Positions 45,630 to 55,883 of a DNA stretch of 64,000 nt are shown here, piece after piece (position 1 is the first letter of the stretch; every line of letters starts with the position of its first letter). Source of the stretch: Candidatus Cloacimonadota bacterium. Lineage in GTDB: Bacteria; Cloacimonadota; Cloacimonadia; Cloacimonadales; WRIO01. The position numbers and the translations under genes were made by a program. The stretch is from positions 15,493 through 79,492 of the forward strand of contig WRLO01000001.1 in NCBI GenBank assembly GCA_009777575.1. The letters are read 5' to 3'. The notes under the pieces are model-generated. The model worked only from the letters and a program-made list of their open reading frames with translations. It had not been told where the DNA came from and ran no database searches.

Positions 45630-45836
45630 ATGGTAAAACTAACAAAAATAAACGGTCAAGAATTCTTTATAAACTCTGATTTAATGGAGTTTATTGAGTC
45701 AACACCTGATACCATCATTAGTCTCACTACTGGTAAAAAAGTTATTGTTAAAGAAACAGCAGAAGTAGTGATAGAAAAAATTATCGAATACAAGGGGAAA
45801 GCCCTTAGAAATTGGGAAATACTACATAAAGGTTGA
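45630..45836 (+). CDS. flbD: Flagellar protein FlbD
   Basis: 68 aa, MVKLTKINGQEFFINSDLMEFIESTPDTIISLTTGKKVIVKE. GGAGG RBS. Confidence 0.9.
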   Translation: MVKLTKINGQEFFINSDLMEFIESTPDTIISLTTGKKVIVKETAEVVIEKIIEYKGKALRNWEILHKG

Positions 45837-45845
45837 GGTTAATTT

Positions 45846-46601
45846 ATGGATATATCAACAGTATTAGGTTTGATTTTAGCATCCGTTTTTCTTTTTTTGG
45901 CAATAGCTGATGATATAAATGCTTTTATCGACTTAGATTCAGTATTTATAGTCGTTGGAGGCACTTTAGGAGCTTGCCTTATATCATTTAGCTTATCAGA
46001 TGTTTTAAGCATGTTTTCAGTGACAAAAAATGCTTTCTTTGCCAAATCCCGCGATCAGGGTCAGATAATTAACAGCATGGTAGATTTAGGTGAAAAAGCG
46101 AGACGCGAAGGAATTCTTGCATTGGAACGGGAGATGCCCCGAATAGATGATATCTTTTTGAAAAAAGCTTTACAGCTCGCGGTTGATGGTAATGAACCAG
46201 AAGTGATCGAAACCGTAATGGGAACGGAAATTGACAATGTAGATGAGCGACACAAGATTGGAAAATCATTTTGGGAAACTGTGGGTTCTATGAGCCCCGC
46301 ATGGGGAATGGTTGGAACATTGATAGGTTTGATAATGATGCTCAAGGAACTTGACGATCCTTCAGCTATCGGAGTAGGTATGGCGGTAGCATTAATAACA
46401 ACGCTTTATGGATCAGTGATAGCCAATCTAGTAGCTATCCCTTTGTCAAACAAACTTGACAGACGTTCAAAAGAGGAACTACTTTTGATGAATATGGTGC
46501 TATTTGGAGTTTTATCAATTCATTCTGGAGATAATCCACGAGTAACAAGGGAAAAGCTAGAAACCTTTGTAGCTCCTAAAAATAGAAAAGCGAGTTCATA
46601 A
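45846..46601 (+). CDS. motA: Flagellar motor stator protein MotA
   Basis: 251 aa, four TM helices, C-terminal MotA/ExbB channel pattern (PAWGMVGTLIGL...MAVALITTLYG). Confidence 0.93.
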   Translation: MDISTVLGLILASVFLFLAIADDINAFIDLDSVFIVVGGTLGACLISFSLSDVLSMFSVTKNAFFAKSRDQGQIINSMVDLGEKARREGILALEREMPRIDDIFLKKALQLAVDGNEPEVIETVMGTEIDNVDERHKIGKSFWETVGSMSPAWGMVGTLIGLIMMLKELDDPSAIGVGMAVALITTLYGSVIANLVAIPLSNKLDRRSKEELLLMNMVLFGVLSIHSGDNPRVTREKLETFVAPKNRKASS

Positions 46602-46603
46602 TT

Positions 46604-47335
46604 ATGCCAAGAAAGAAAAAGTGTCCTGAATGTCCTCCAGCTGGATCACCCGCATGGATGGCAACATTTTGCGATATGTCGACCTTGTTACTAACTTTCT
46701 TTGTATTGTTGATGTCAATGGCGACAATCGAGCAAGTAAAATTTACACTTGCCATGAATTCTTTGCGAGGTGCTTTAGGCATCATGAGTGCTACTGGAAC
46801 AGCAATCCCTATCACACGAATGCCGCTTGTTCAGATAGGAACTGCAAGAGCAGAACAAGAAATAGAACAACAGTTACAAGAATTACAAGAAATGCTTCGA
46901 AGTGGTGGAATCTCAGATGACATAAGAGTTCATCAGTCTAGTGATGTTCTACATTTTACAATTAGTGAAAATTATTTGTTTGATTCAGGTTCTGCTGAAG
47001 TTAAACAAGAAGCATATGAAGTTTTAGGGATAATAGCGCGTATCTTGAACACAGTCTCTTTTAATGTGAGAATTGAAGGACATACTGATAATATTCCAAT
47101 ACATACTGTTCGCTTTCCTTCAAATTGGGAATTGTCTTTTGCTCGTTCTTTGTCAATATCTCAAAGATTTGCAACCAATGGAGTAGATCCCTCTCGATTT
47201 CAATTGGTAGGACATGGAGAATTTAGGCCAATAGCTGACAATTCAACCCCTCAAGGGAGAGCAATAAATAGAAGAGTAGAAATTTTCGTAACTCTTAGAG
47301 ATGAAATAAGAAGTTCATTAATGCCAGGAGGATAA
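46604..47335 (+). CDS. motB: Flagellar motor stator protein MotB (OmpA-like C-terminal domain)
   Basis: WMATFCDMSTLLLTFF plug/TM region with the conserved Asp. IEGHTDNIPI...NWELSFARS...NRRVEI. Confidence 0.93.
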   Translation: MPRKKKCPECPPAGSPAWMATFCDMSTLLLTFFVLLMSMATIEQVKFTLAMNSLRGALGIMSATGTAIPITRMPLVQIGTARAEQEIEQQLQELQEMLRSGGISDDIRVHQSSDVLHFTISENYLFDSGSAEVKQEAYEVLGIIARILNTVSFNVRIEGHTDNIPIHTVRFPSNWELSFARSLSISQRFATNGVDPSRFQLVGHGEFRPIADNSTPQGRAINRRVEIFVTLRDEIRSSLMPGG

Positions 47336-47337
47336 TA

Positions 47338-47886
47338 ATGAGAAACAATATAGGAAGAATAAATATCTTAGTGATAATCATAATCATACTTGTTCAATTG
47401 ATTATCGCTGGTGGAATTTATTTCTATTTTTGGATGAATAACGATGGTGAGGAGTCTCCACAAAGAATGCAGGGGCTTCAACAGACCGATGTCCCCACAC
47501 AACGTCGTGAAGAATCAAGAAATTCTGATAGGGGCAGTTTTACAGAGGGTGGATTTACAGGCGCGAAAGACTATACGAGAGATTTTGCAATTTTTAATGT
47601 AGGTGATATCATTGTAAATCCATTAGGATCAGAATCTCGATTTTTGGTCTTGATAGTTTTGTTTGAGTATAGGCTTGCAGACAGAAGGTTACCCGCTGAA
47701 CTTCAAAACAAGGCTCCTATGTTTAGAGACAGAATAACTCAATATTTCTCGCGAATAACAATCGAAGACCTTCGAGATGTGGAAAACCGCGATATATTTA
47801 GAGACGATATCATTCGGGTAATCAACAATTTACTAGTCGAAGGCAGAATAACCGATGTATTTTTTGAGCAATTTGTCTTACAATAA
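47338..47886 (+). CDS. fliL: Flagellar basal-body-associated protein FliL
   Basis: 182 aa, single TM, FNVGDIIVNPLGSESRFLVLIVLFEY...FRDRITQYFS...DDIIRVINN. Confidence 0.88.
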   Translation: MRNNIGRINILVIIIIILVQLIIAGGIYFYFWMNNDGEESPQRMQGLQQTDVPTQRREESRNSDRGSFTEGGFTGAKDYTRDFAIFNVGDIIVNPLGSESRFLVLIVLFEYRLADRRLPAELQNKAPMFRDRITQYFSRITIEDLRDVENRDIFRDDIIRVINNLLVEGRITDVFFEQFVLQ

Positions 47887-47947
47887 TACAGAAAACGATA
47901 TTTAATGAAGAAACGGGATGTTTAAGATTGATAATGGAAGGTAAACT

Positions 47948-48934
47948 ATGAGTAAACTACTTAGCCAAGCTGAAATAGATGCTTTACTGGAAGGTGAAAA
48001 GAATATCGATACATCGATATTTGAAATACAAAAAAGTAAAGAAGCGAGAATTTATGATTTTCGTCACCCGGATAGAGTATCAAAGGAACAGCTAAAAATA
48101 CTGAGAAATATACATGACAATTTCTCTCGATTGATTTCAACTTATTTATCAAATCAGCTCCGAACAATGATAGATGTGAAAGTGCCAAATATTGATCAAG
48201 TAACCTATTTTGAGTTTACTATGTCAGCCGCTAGTTTTACTTATATGTATGTTTTCAGTATAGACAAACTTGATGGTTTTGCTATCCTTGAAACAGACCC
48301 AAGATTCTCCTTCTTTATCATTGACAGGCTTTTTGGAGGAACTGGAAATGTAATTAATAAATCAGAACAATCTCCTACAATCATAGAAAGGTCGGTCATG
48401 AATAATGTGGCTGAAAGAATCCTTGAATATTTAAAGGAAGCTTGGCAGCATATCGAAGTATTGGAAGCTCGTATAGCAAATTTTGAAACCAATCCCCAAC
48501 TAGTAACAGTAGCTCCTGCTTCAGAAACCATGATAGTCTTGACTTTTCCAGTTACTGCAAGGAATTTTGAATTTAATATCATACTTTGTTTTCCTTATTT
48601 TATGTTAGAACCAGTGCTAAAAAAGATAAATAGTCAAAATTATATGGCTCTTTTGAAAAAAGCACCCAGCGAAGAAGATCAACAGAATCTTTATCGAGCA
48701 GTAGAACATACAGAAGTCAGATTTACAGTCGATTTAGGAAAATCATATATATCTGTAAAAGATTTTCTGGAGTTGAAAGAAAATGAGTTATTGCTTTTAG
48801 AAACTAAAATCACTGACCCTTTGATAGCCAGAGTCCAGGAACACAAAAAATTTGTGGTCTCACCGGGTAAAAAAGGCAAGAAAAAGGCAGTTCGAATAGA
48901 TAATATAATTGACGAAGAAGGAGATATAATATGA
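47948..48934 (+). CDS. fliM: Flagellar motor switch protein FliM
   Basis: N-terminal LSQAEIDALL CheY-binding motif, 328 aa, FliM middle domain and C-terminal SpoA-like domain. Confidence 0.95.
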   Translation: MSKLLSQAEIDALLEGEKNIDTSIFEIQKSKEARIYDFRHPDRVSKEQLKILRNIHDNFSRLISTYLSNQLRTMIDVKVPNIDQVTYFEFTMSAASFTYMYVFSIDKLDGFAILETDPRFSFFIIDRLFGGTGNVINKSEQSPTIIERSVMNNVAERILEYLKEAWQHIEVLEARIANFETNPQLVTVAPASETMIVLTFPVTARNFEFNIILCFPYFMLEPVLKKINSQNYMALLKKAPSEEDQQNLYRAVEHTEVRFTVDLGKSYISVKDFLELKENELLLLETKITDPLIARVQEHKKFVVSPGKKGKKKAVRIDNIIDEEGDII

Positions 48935-49884
48935 CAGGAGTTAAATCGTTAGACAAATTTTTAGAGTTTTTCAATTCAAATGCAAGTGGAGTGATAGGAA
49001 CTATCACAAATCAACCAATCACATTTTCAACCAAGAATTACTCAGATTTTGATTTAAGTTTATTAGAAACTAATGTTTCTATACCATGTGTGATGATTAC
49101 CATAAATTTTACTGGAAATAACGATTTTCAAATGCAAATCGTTGCCTCAAAACAAACAATAGCTGCCCTAGCAGACCTCATGATGCTTGGAACTGGTGAA
49201 GTAGAATATGTCCCCGAAGAACACCATGACGGGGTTCAAGAAATGCTCAATCAGGTTTTGGGTTCCATGACCACCGAATTGCATGCAGAAGGTATCACAT
49301 CTTCCGGTAATGTCACAGAGATATCTTTGAACGATATGGAAATTCATAAAGAGTTTTTGCAAGAAAACAAAATGGTTGAAATTTCTTTCGAATTACTCGG
49401 ATTGGAAACATTTTTCTATTTACTTTTTGAACAAACAGCTTTAGGCACACTTGATGCAGTCTTTAACCCTCAAAAAGCAGCTCCACCTCCACCACCGAAA
49501 AGCTCATCTTCTAAACAATCAAGTAGTAAAGCAGCACCAAAAGCAGAACCAGAACCAGTGGCAGCCTCTAGAGCTTCATTTGCAGAAATAGAGGAGATAA
49601 GACCTTCAGGAGCGAAGGGTGTGAACATAGACATATTACTCCATATCGACCTTCCTGTTACGGTAGAGTTGGGTAGTAAAGACATGAGAATTAAAGAAAT
49701 ACTCGATCTTGGGCAAGGTTCAGTGGTCGAATTAAATAAACTAGCAGGAGATTTGGTAGATTTAAAGATAAATGGTAAAAAATTTGCTACTGGTGAAGTA
49801 ATGGTGGTTGATGAAAATTATGCTATCAGGATAGTAAATTTAATATCAAGAGAAGAGAGAATAAGAACACTGGGTCCTGAATAA
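48931..49884 (+). CDS. fliN: Flagellar motor switch protein FliN/FliY (CheC-like N-terminal region, Pro/Ser linker, C-terminal FliN domain)
   Basis: C-terminus reads LPVTVELGSKDMRIKEILDLGQGSVVELNKLAGDLVDLKINGKKFATGEVMVVDENYAIRI. ATGA overlap with fliM. Confidence 0.9.
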   Translation: MTGVKSLDKFLEFFNSNASGVIGTITNQPITFSTKNYSDFDLSLLETNVSIPCVMITINFTGNNDFQMQIVASKQTIAALADLMMLGTGEVEYVPEEHHDGVQEMLNQVLGSMTTELHAEGITSSGNVTEISLNDMEIHKEFLQENKMVEISFELLGLETFFYLLFEQTALGTLDAVFNPQKAAPPPPPKSSSSKQSSSKAAPKAEPEPVAASRASFAEIEEIRPSGAKGVNIDILLHIDLPVTVELGSKDMRIKEILDLGQGSVVELNKLAGDLVDLKINGKKFATGEVMVVDENYAIRIVNLISREERIRTLGPE

Positions 49885-49991
49885 AATATGATTTTATATA
49901 AGTTCACAGCAAAATTTGAAGATTGTTGGAAAAAATCAAAAAAGCAGAATAGGCGACATTACTCATCTTTAATAATGGTTGAGGTAGCTAT

Positions 49992-50498
49992 TTGAGATAT
50001 TTTTTTCTAATCCTAATTCTTGGTTTTTTTTGTGGTATTCTGATGCCTTTTGAAGAGGTTCCCTCATCCGAGTTTTTGGACTCAGATTTTGCTGAAATTG
50101 ACACTCTTTCGTCTGTCGCCTCTGAGGAAATGATTTCGAGCCCCACCCCTCCTTCATTTGCCCTTATGATGGTTCAAATGATAGGGATGTTGATATTTCT
50201 ATCTGTTTTATTGTATTTATCACTATTTTTCTTTAAGAAGCTAAATGCTAAATACAAAAATAAAAGTGAGTTAACCAGTTTAAAAATTCACGAAAATCTT
50301 TATTTTTCTGCAAAGCAAGGCTTAAGTGTTATATCCTTTGGGAAAAAAGTCTATATTGTAGGTTTTAGTAATAATTCTGTAACCTTGATAGACAGCATTG
50401 ATGATGAAGAAATAATAACCAGCCTGACTCAAAAAACACAAAGTCAAAAGAAATTCTCAGATTTGTTCACCTCAATTTTTACAAAACAAAACACATAA
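49992..50498 (+). CDS. fliO: Flagellar biosynthesis protein FliO/FliZ-like (TTG start)
   Basis: 168 aa. Single TM MMVQMIGMLIFLSVLLYLSLFFF followed by KVYIVGFSNNSVTLI, and the position immediately before fliP fits FliO. Confidence 0.75.
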   Translation: MRYFFLILILGFFCGILMPFEEVPSSEFLDSDFAEIDTLSSVASEEMISSPTPPSFALMMVQMIGMLIFLSVLLYLSLFFFKKLNAKYKNKSELTSLKIHENLYFSAKQGLSVISFGKKVYIVGFSNNSVTLIDSIDDEEIITSLTQKTQSQKKFSDLFTSIFTKQNT

Positions 50499-50508
50499 GG
50501 ATTATAGA

Positions 50509-51303
50509 ATGATTAAAAAAATCTCAAATATATTTTCTATGATTAATAATAAAAATATCATAAAAACTTTTATATTGTTAGTATTATTTATTTCAATCTT
50601 TTCGATGACCGATTTAAATGCTCAATTTGTCCCTCGAATCACGATTGGAGTGGATGAAGCTACTTCTCCCGCTGATGTTTCAAATACTTTACAAATTCTT
50701 TTCCTCTTAACAATTCTGGCTATAGCTCCATCGATTCTGATTTTGATGACCAGTTTTACGAGAATATCTATAGTCTTATCATTTGTTAGAAAGGCTATCG
50801 GCACTAATTCTGAACCAAGCAACCAAATATTGGTTTCTCTTGCTTTGTTTTTGACATTTTTTGTGATGGCACCTATATTCCGAAATATCAATGACTATGC
50901 ATTACAACCTTATTTACAAGGTTTATATACTCACGAAGAGTTTTATCAAGAAGGTATTAGACCTTTAAGAGAATTTATGCTCAATCAAACAAGAGAAAGA
51001 GACCTCGCATTGATGTTAAATAGTTCAAGACTCCCCAGACCTAACAATGCTGATGAAATCCCCATCGCAGTAATAGTTTCAGCATTTGCGATAAGTGAGA
51101 TAAGAATAGCTTTTGAGATGGGTTTTTTGATATATTTACCATTTCTAATGATAGATATGATTGTAGCCAGTATTTTGATGTCTATGGGTATGATGATGTT
51201 ACCTCCAGCTATGATATCAGCACCATTGAAAATTCTCTTGTTTATTCTTGTTGATGGTTGGTATTTGATAGTGCAATCATTGGTCAGAAGTTTTAATTTT
51301 TAG
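50509..51303 (+). CDS. fliP: Flagellar export apparatus protein FliP
   Basis: LTILAIAPSILILMTSFTRISIVLSFVRKAIG, FAISEIRIAFEMGFLIYLPFLMIDMIVASILMSMGMMMLPP. Confidence 0.96.
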   Translation: MIKKISNIFSMINNKNIIKTFILLVLFISIFSMTDLNAQFVPRITIGVDEATSPADVSNTLQILFLLTILAIAPSILILMTSFTRISIVLSFVRKAIGTNSEPSNQILVSLALFLTFFVMAPIFRNINDYALQPYLQGLYTHEEFYQEGIRPLREFMLNQTRERDLALMLNSSRLPRPNNADEIPIAVIVSAFAISEIRIAFEMGFLIYLPFLMIDMIVASILMSMGMMMLPPAMISAPLKILLFILVDGWYLIVQSLVRSFNF

Positions 51304-51343
51304 CTTATTACGCAATCCATAGCGAAAGTAGAAAGGATTTTAG

Positions 51344-51610
51344 ATGTCTCAAGAATTGATAGTCGAAATAGCCACTCAAACATTGTATTTCACGATGATA
51401 TTGTCTGCACCCATCCTATTGACTGGACTTGTTTTAGGTGTCATTTTATCTATAGTTCAATCAATCATTCAGATAAAGGAAATGACTCTGACTTTTATTC
51501 CCAAAATACTAGCTACAATGTTAGTATTATTAATAACTATCCCTTGGATGATAAATAAATTCATTGAATATTTCAATTATTTAATGAACATACTTGTAAA
51601 CCTCAGATAA
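51344..51610 (+). CDS. fliQ: Flagellar export apparatus protein FliQ
   Basis: 88 aa, two TM helices, LSAPILLTGLVLGVILSIVQSIIQIKEMTLTFIPK. Confidence 0.95.
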   Translation: MSQELIVEIATQTLYFTMILSAPILLTGLVLGVILSIVQSIIQIKEMTLTFIPKILATMLVLLITIPWMINKFIEYFNYLMNILVNLR

Positions 51611-52399
51611 ATGTTTGAAGCCATAGGATTTACACTTGCCCAACTCGAATTGTGGCTATTGGTCTTTGTTCGTTTCTTGACTTTATTGTCAGTATTGCCT
51701 TTTTTTTCTTATACATCGATAGATGCTCGTATGAGAGTGTTTTTGGCTATAGCAATGGCAAGCATTATGGTCAAATTAATTCCTTATCCCGCTAATTTTC
51801 CTGTAGAGTTTACAATGTTAATGTTTTTAGTGGCAAAAGAAGTATTTTTAGGACTATGCATAGGCATGTTTGCGGGATTCTTTGTGGAAATAATCAAATT
51901 TGCAGGGCAACAGGCCTCAGCAATGGTCGGTTTGACTATGTCAACAGTGATAGACCCAACAACTTCAGAACAAACAGAGGCAATGCCGGAGCTTTTTCAT
52001 ATCATAGCTATCTTGCTCATTCTCGCAATAAATGGGCATCATTTTTTTGTCAGAGTGATGTTCGATACTTTTTTTTTAATCCCTGTTACTGAAATGTTTT
52101 ACGATCATCAAGTTGTTCCTCAAATGGTAAATATTGTCTCAAATATATTTGTACTTGGGATAAGAATAGCTGCCCCTATAGTTATCTTAGTTTTTTTTGT
52201 TAGAATCGTAGTAGGAATCATGAATCGTTTAGTTCAAGAAGCTGATGTTTTCTCAGTCTTATTAATAATAAATATAATTATAGGGTTTTATATATTAATG
52301 TATTACTGGCCTTATTTCGCTCAAATGGTGAATATGGTCTTTAATGTTACTCAAAACCAAGTATTGGTAGTATTGAGGTTGTTGAGTCCTAATTTTTAG
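51611..52399 (+). CDS. fliR: Flagellar export apparatus protein FliR
   Basis: 262 aa polytopic protein. It starts at the base after the fliQ stop, and its position and pattern fit FliR. Confidence 0.92.
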   Translation: MFEAIGFTLAQLELWLLVFVRFLTLLSVLPFFSYTSIDARMRVFLAIAMASIMVKLIPYPANFPVEFTMLMFLVAKEVFLGLCIGMFAGFFVEIIKFAGQQASAMVGLTMSTVIDPTTSEQTEAMPELFHIIAILLILAINGHHFFVRVMFDTFFLIPVTEMFYDHQVVPQMVNIVSNIFVLGIRIAAPIVILVFFVRIVVGIMNRLVQEADVFSVLLIINIIIGFYILMYYWPYFAQMVNMVFNVTQNQVLVVLRLLSPNF

Positions 52400-52651
52400 G
52401 GAACTGTTTAATTATGTTTATGAGAAGAGTCAACTCATATAATTTCGAATGGTTTAATAACTCTTCATCAATAAGAATGGACTAGTATCAGCAAAATTAT
52501 TAATATTAATTCAACAAATTTTAAAATATAAAGATATAGAAAAAAAACATGAAATTTTAAAAAATTATTGATTAAAAATAGGCTTTTTTTTTTTGTGTAT
52601 TTTAAATTGATTATGTCGATATAACTCGGCAATAAGATTTATGGAGGAATT

Positions 52652-53395
52652 ATGGCGGGTCATAATAAATGGAGTCAAATAAAACACAGAAAAGGCGCTG
52701 CTGATGCCAAACGAGGCAAACTATTCACCCGAATAGCAAAAGAAATTATTATCTCAGCTCGCGAGGGTGGAGGTGATATTAACTCAAATTCACGACTTCG
52801 AACAGCTGTTCAACTAGCAAGAGGAGCTAATATGCCTAAAGATAATATCGAAAAGGCAATCAAGAGAGGCACAGGCGAGATAGATGGATCTACTTATGAA
52901 GAGATTACATATGAGGGTTATGGACACAACGGAGTGGCTATCATAGTGGAATGCACAACAGACAATAAAAACCGAACAGTAGCCGATATCCGACATGTAT
53001 TTTCAAAGCATGGAGGAAATCTTGCAGAAAATGGAGCAGTATCGTGGAATTTTGACGAAAAAGGCGCTATCGAAATCAAAGCAGAAGGTCTCGAAGAAGA
53101 TGAATTTATGCTTCAAGCTCTAGATTTAGGAGCAGATGATGTTGAAAAATCAGAAGATATATTTATAGTTTACACAGCATTAGCAGATTTCTATAAAATA
53201 GTAACAGCTTTTGAAGAAAATGGGTTTACTATAGAAAAAGCGGAACTAACAAGGATGCCCAAAAATACAATAAACGCTGATGATGTTGCTGAAAAACTTT
53301 TAAAAATGCTGGATAAACTTGAAGATTTGGATGATGTTCAAAAGGTTTATGCAAATTTTGAAATATCAGATGAGGTGATGAACAATTTGAGTTAA
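52652..53395 (+). CDS. yebC: YebC/PmpR family DNA-binding transcriptional regulator
   Basis: MAGHNKWSQIKHRKGAADAKRGKLFTRIAKEI..., 247 aa. Confidence 0.95.
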   Translation: MAGHNKWSQIKHRKGAADAKRGKLFTRIAKEIIISAREGGGDINSNSRLRTAVQLARGANMPKDNIEKAIKRGTGEIDGSTYEEITYEGYGHNGVAIIVECTTDNKNRTVADIRHVFSKHGGNLAENGAVSWNFDEKGAIEIKAEGLEEDEFMLQALDLGADDVEKSEDIFIVYTALADFYKIVTAFEENGFTIEKAELTRMPKNTINADDVAEKLLKMLDKLEDLDDVQKVYANFEISDEVMNNLS

Positions 53396-53405
53396 GGAAA
53401 CAGAG

Positions 53406-53897
53406 ATGATAATCATAGGAGTTGATCCGGGAAGCCGAAAATGTGGATATGGTATTTTGCATATTGAAAGAAACAAAATTTTAGCAGCCGGTAGCGGTAT
53501 CATCAACTTAGAAAAAAAGGTTTTATTGGAAAAAAAGCTACTTCACCTAAGTAATGAGTTGAAACTAATCATTGATCAATATAAACCAAACTATTCAGTA
53601 GTGGAATCAATATTTTATGGAAAAAACATCCAAACTGCCTTTATATTAGGTCATATTCGAGGAGTAGTAATGTATTGTTTATCAGAAAAAGATATTCCTG
53701 TATATTCATTTTCGCCAAGAGAGATAAAAAAATCTGTAACTGGCAATGGTAATGCTACTAAGTCTCAAGTGGAATATATGATTCAATCCATATTAAATCT
53801 GAAAACACCAGCAAAAGAAGATGCTGCCGACGGATTAGCTTGTGCAATGTGCCTGTTCAATAGAATACGAAGTTCGGAAATAGGATATCTTACTTAG
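53406..53897 (+). CDS. ruvC: Holliday junction resolvase RuvC
   Basis: IIGVDPGSRKCGYG, SVVESIFYGKN, KSVTGNGNATKSQV, DAADGLACA. Confidence 0.94.
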   Translation: MIIIGVDPGSRKCGYGILHIERNKILAAGSGIINLEKKVLLEKKLLHLSNELKLIIDQYKPNYSVVESIFYGKNIQTAFILGHIRGVVMYCLSEKDIPVYSFSPREIKKSVTGNGNATKSQVEYMIQSILNLKTPAKEDAADGLACAMCLFNRIRSSEIGYLT

Positions 53898-53906
53898 GAG
53901 GTTTTT

Positions 53907-54539
53907 CTGTATTCATATTTAAATGGAATTTTGTCTGAAAAGACGCCTGATACAGTTGTAATTGATTGTAATGGAATAGGTTTTGAATTGAAAATACCTT
54001 TGTCCACATTTGATATGTTACCTGCAGTCTTTGAGGTAACTAAGTTGTTTGTATATACTTTTCATAATGATGAAGGGACACGTCTTTTTGGTTTTTTAAG
54101 TAAGCAAGAAAAAGAACTTTTTAAGCTACTAATAAATGTCAATCGCGTTGGTCCAAAGACGGCATTAGCAATACTTAGTTCTATATCAATCAAAGACTTG
54201 ATTACAGCAATACTGACAGGAAATTCAAATATAATAGCCAAAACACCAGGTCTGGGAAAAAAATCAGCAGAAAGGTTGATAATAGAATTGAAAGATAAAA
54301 TTGAGATAATATCAGAGCTTGATACAAAAAAAATAAAAACTTCTGTAACAGAAAGTCACAATTTGGGTTTAAACAATGATATGTTTCAGGAAGTAGAATC
54401 TGCATTGGTATCGTTGGGGTATAAAAATTATGAAATCAGGAAGGCTTTACAAAATGTGAAAATTACAAATATAATGACCATTCAAGAAGTTGTAAAGGAA
54501 TGTATAAAATATATATATCTAAAAAGGAATGAAATATGA
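53907..54539 (+). CDS. ruvA: Holliday junction DNA helicase subunit RuvA (start probably CTG at 53907; ORF track used TTG 53931)
   Basis: The in-frame upstream codons give (M)YSYLNGILSEKTPDTVVIDCNGIGFEL, which aligns residue for residue with the family N-terminus MIxxLxGxLxxKxP. AGGAGG lies at 53896..53901, 5 nt before the CTG. Confidence 0.85.
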   Translation: MYSYLNGILSEKTPDTVVIDCNGIGFELKIPLSTFDMLPAVFEVTKLFVYTFHNDEGTRLFGFLSKQEKELFKLLINVNRVGPKTALAILSSISIKDLITAILTGNSNIIAKTPGLGKKSAERLIIELKDKIEIISELDTKKIKTSVTESHNLGLNNDMFQEVESALVSLGYKNYEIRKALQNVKITNIMTIQEVVKECIKYIYLKRNEI

Positions 54540-55858
54540 ATGTCAGACAAGAGGCATGGTCTATCATAGTTAAAGTTTTAAAAAATAATATGTTTTCAGA
54601 TAAATTATTATCTCAGACAGCGAAAAAAATTAAGGACAGTAATGAAAACTCTGACTTGCTCTATTATCTTGTCCGAGGTGTGATAAAAATACATCTACAA
54701 CTTGATTTTATAATATCTCAGTATGTAGATAAGGACAAATACAAAGATACAGATTTAAAAATAAAATCTTTATTGTATCTTGCAATGTATCAACTACTTT
54801 ACTGCAAAGGTATACCAGAACATGCAGCCGTTAATGAAACAGTGGAAATAGCGAGAAAAAATTTTAATGATCAAATAGCAGGTTTTGTCAATGCAGTATT
54901 AAGAGAATACCAAAGAAACCCCAAATATATCCTCCCCGATAGTGATGCAGAAAGAATATCTGTAGAATATTCTTTTCCTCTCGATATAATCAAAAAACTT
55001 CTTCAGCATTGGAGTATAGATCAAGTAGAGTGTCTTTGTATGTATTTTAATGAACCTCCAAAACTATATATGAGAATAAATTCATTAGCAACCAGCAAAC
55101 AAAAATTGATAAATTATTTTCAGAGAAAAGAAGTAATATTGAAAGAAAGTATAGCCTCGCAAAATGTTGTAATTTCAGAAAATGCCGACAAAGTATTAAA
55201 CGATGTTTCCTTTGATGAAGGCTATTTTACTATACAAGACATATCAGCCGTGATGGCAATAGAATTACTGGATCCTAAAGAGGGGGAATACATTCTCGAT
55301 TTATTTGCAGGCAGAGGAGGAAAAACATCATATATAGCAGAGTTAATGAATAATACAGGTGAAATAATAGCAGTCGATAAAATTCCTCATAAGATAAAAG
55401 AGATGAAACAGACTTTGTCTCGCGTTCAAGCCACAAATGTCAAATTAGAGATAGAAGATGCTTTTAAATTTGGACCAGTAGCTCCTGTGTATGACAGAGT
55501 CATCATCGATGTTCCTTGCTCTGGGTGGGGAGTTTTTCAAAAAAAACCTGAGCTTAGATGGCAAGAAAGGCAAAATCTGCCAGAGTTAATAAAATTACAA
55601 GAAAAAGCTCTTCATACAGCAAGTTCATTTGTCAAACCGGGTGGAATATTATTTTACAGCACTTGCACAATAAACCCTGATGAAAATGAAGAGCAGATAT
55701 TTAAATTTTTAAAACAAAATCAAGAATATGAACTTATCCCTGCAGAAAGTATACTATCTAAAGAATTTACTGAGAACGGTTTTTTAAAAACAATACCTCA
55801 TAAACATTTTATGGATGGCGCTTTTGCTGCGAAATTGCGGAAATATGATAAACAATAA
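54536..55858 (+). CDS. rsmB: 16S rRNA (cytosine967-C5)-methyltransferase
   Basis: N-terminal NusB-like domain, then DLFAGRGGKT, DVPCSGWGVFQKKPELRW and LFYSTCT. Confidence 0.9.
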   Translation: MNVRQEAWSIIVKVLKNNMFSDKLLSQTAKKIKDSNENSDLLYYLVRGVIKIHLQLDFIISQYVDKDKYKDTDLKIKSLLYLAMYQLLYCKGIPEHAAVNETVEIARKNFNDQIAGFVNAVLREYQRNPKYILPDSDAERISVEYSFPLDIIKKLLQHWSIDQVECLCMYFNEPPKLYMRINSLATSKQKLINYFQRKEVILKESIASQNVVISENADKVLNDVSFDEGYFTIQDISAVMAIELLDPKEGEYILDLFAGRGGKTSYIAELMNNTGEIIAVDKIPHKIKEMKQTLSRVQATNVKLEIEDAFKFGPVAPVYDRVIIDVPCSGWGVFQKKPELRWQERQNLPELIKLQEKALHTASSFVKPGGILFYSTCTINPDENEEQIFKFLKQNQEYELIPAESILSKEFTENGFLKTIPHKHFMDGAFAAKLRKYDKQ

Positions 55859-55883
55859 TTCAGAATAAAGAGGAGATTTTGTT

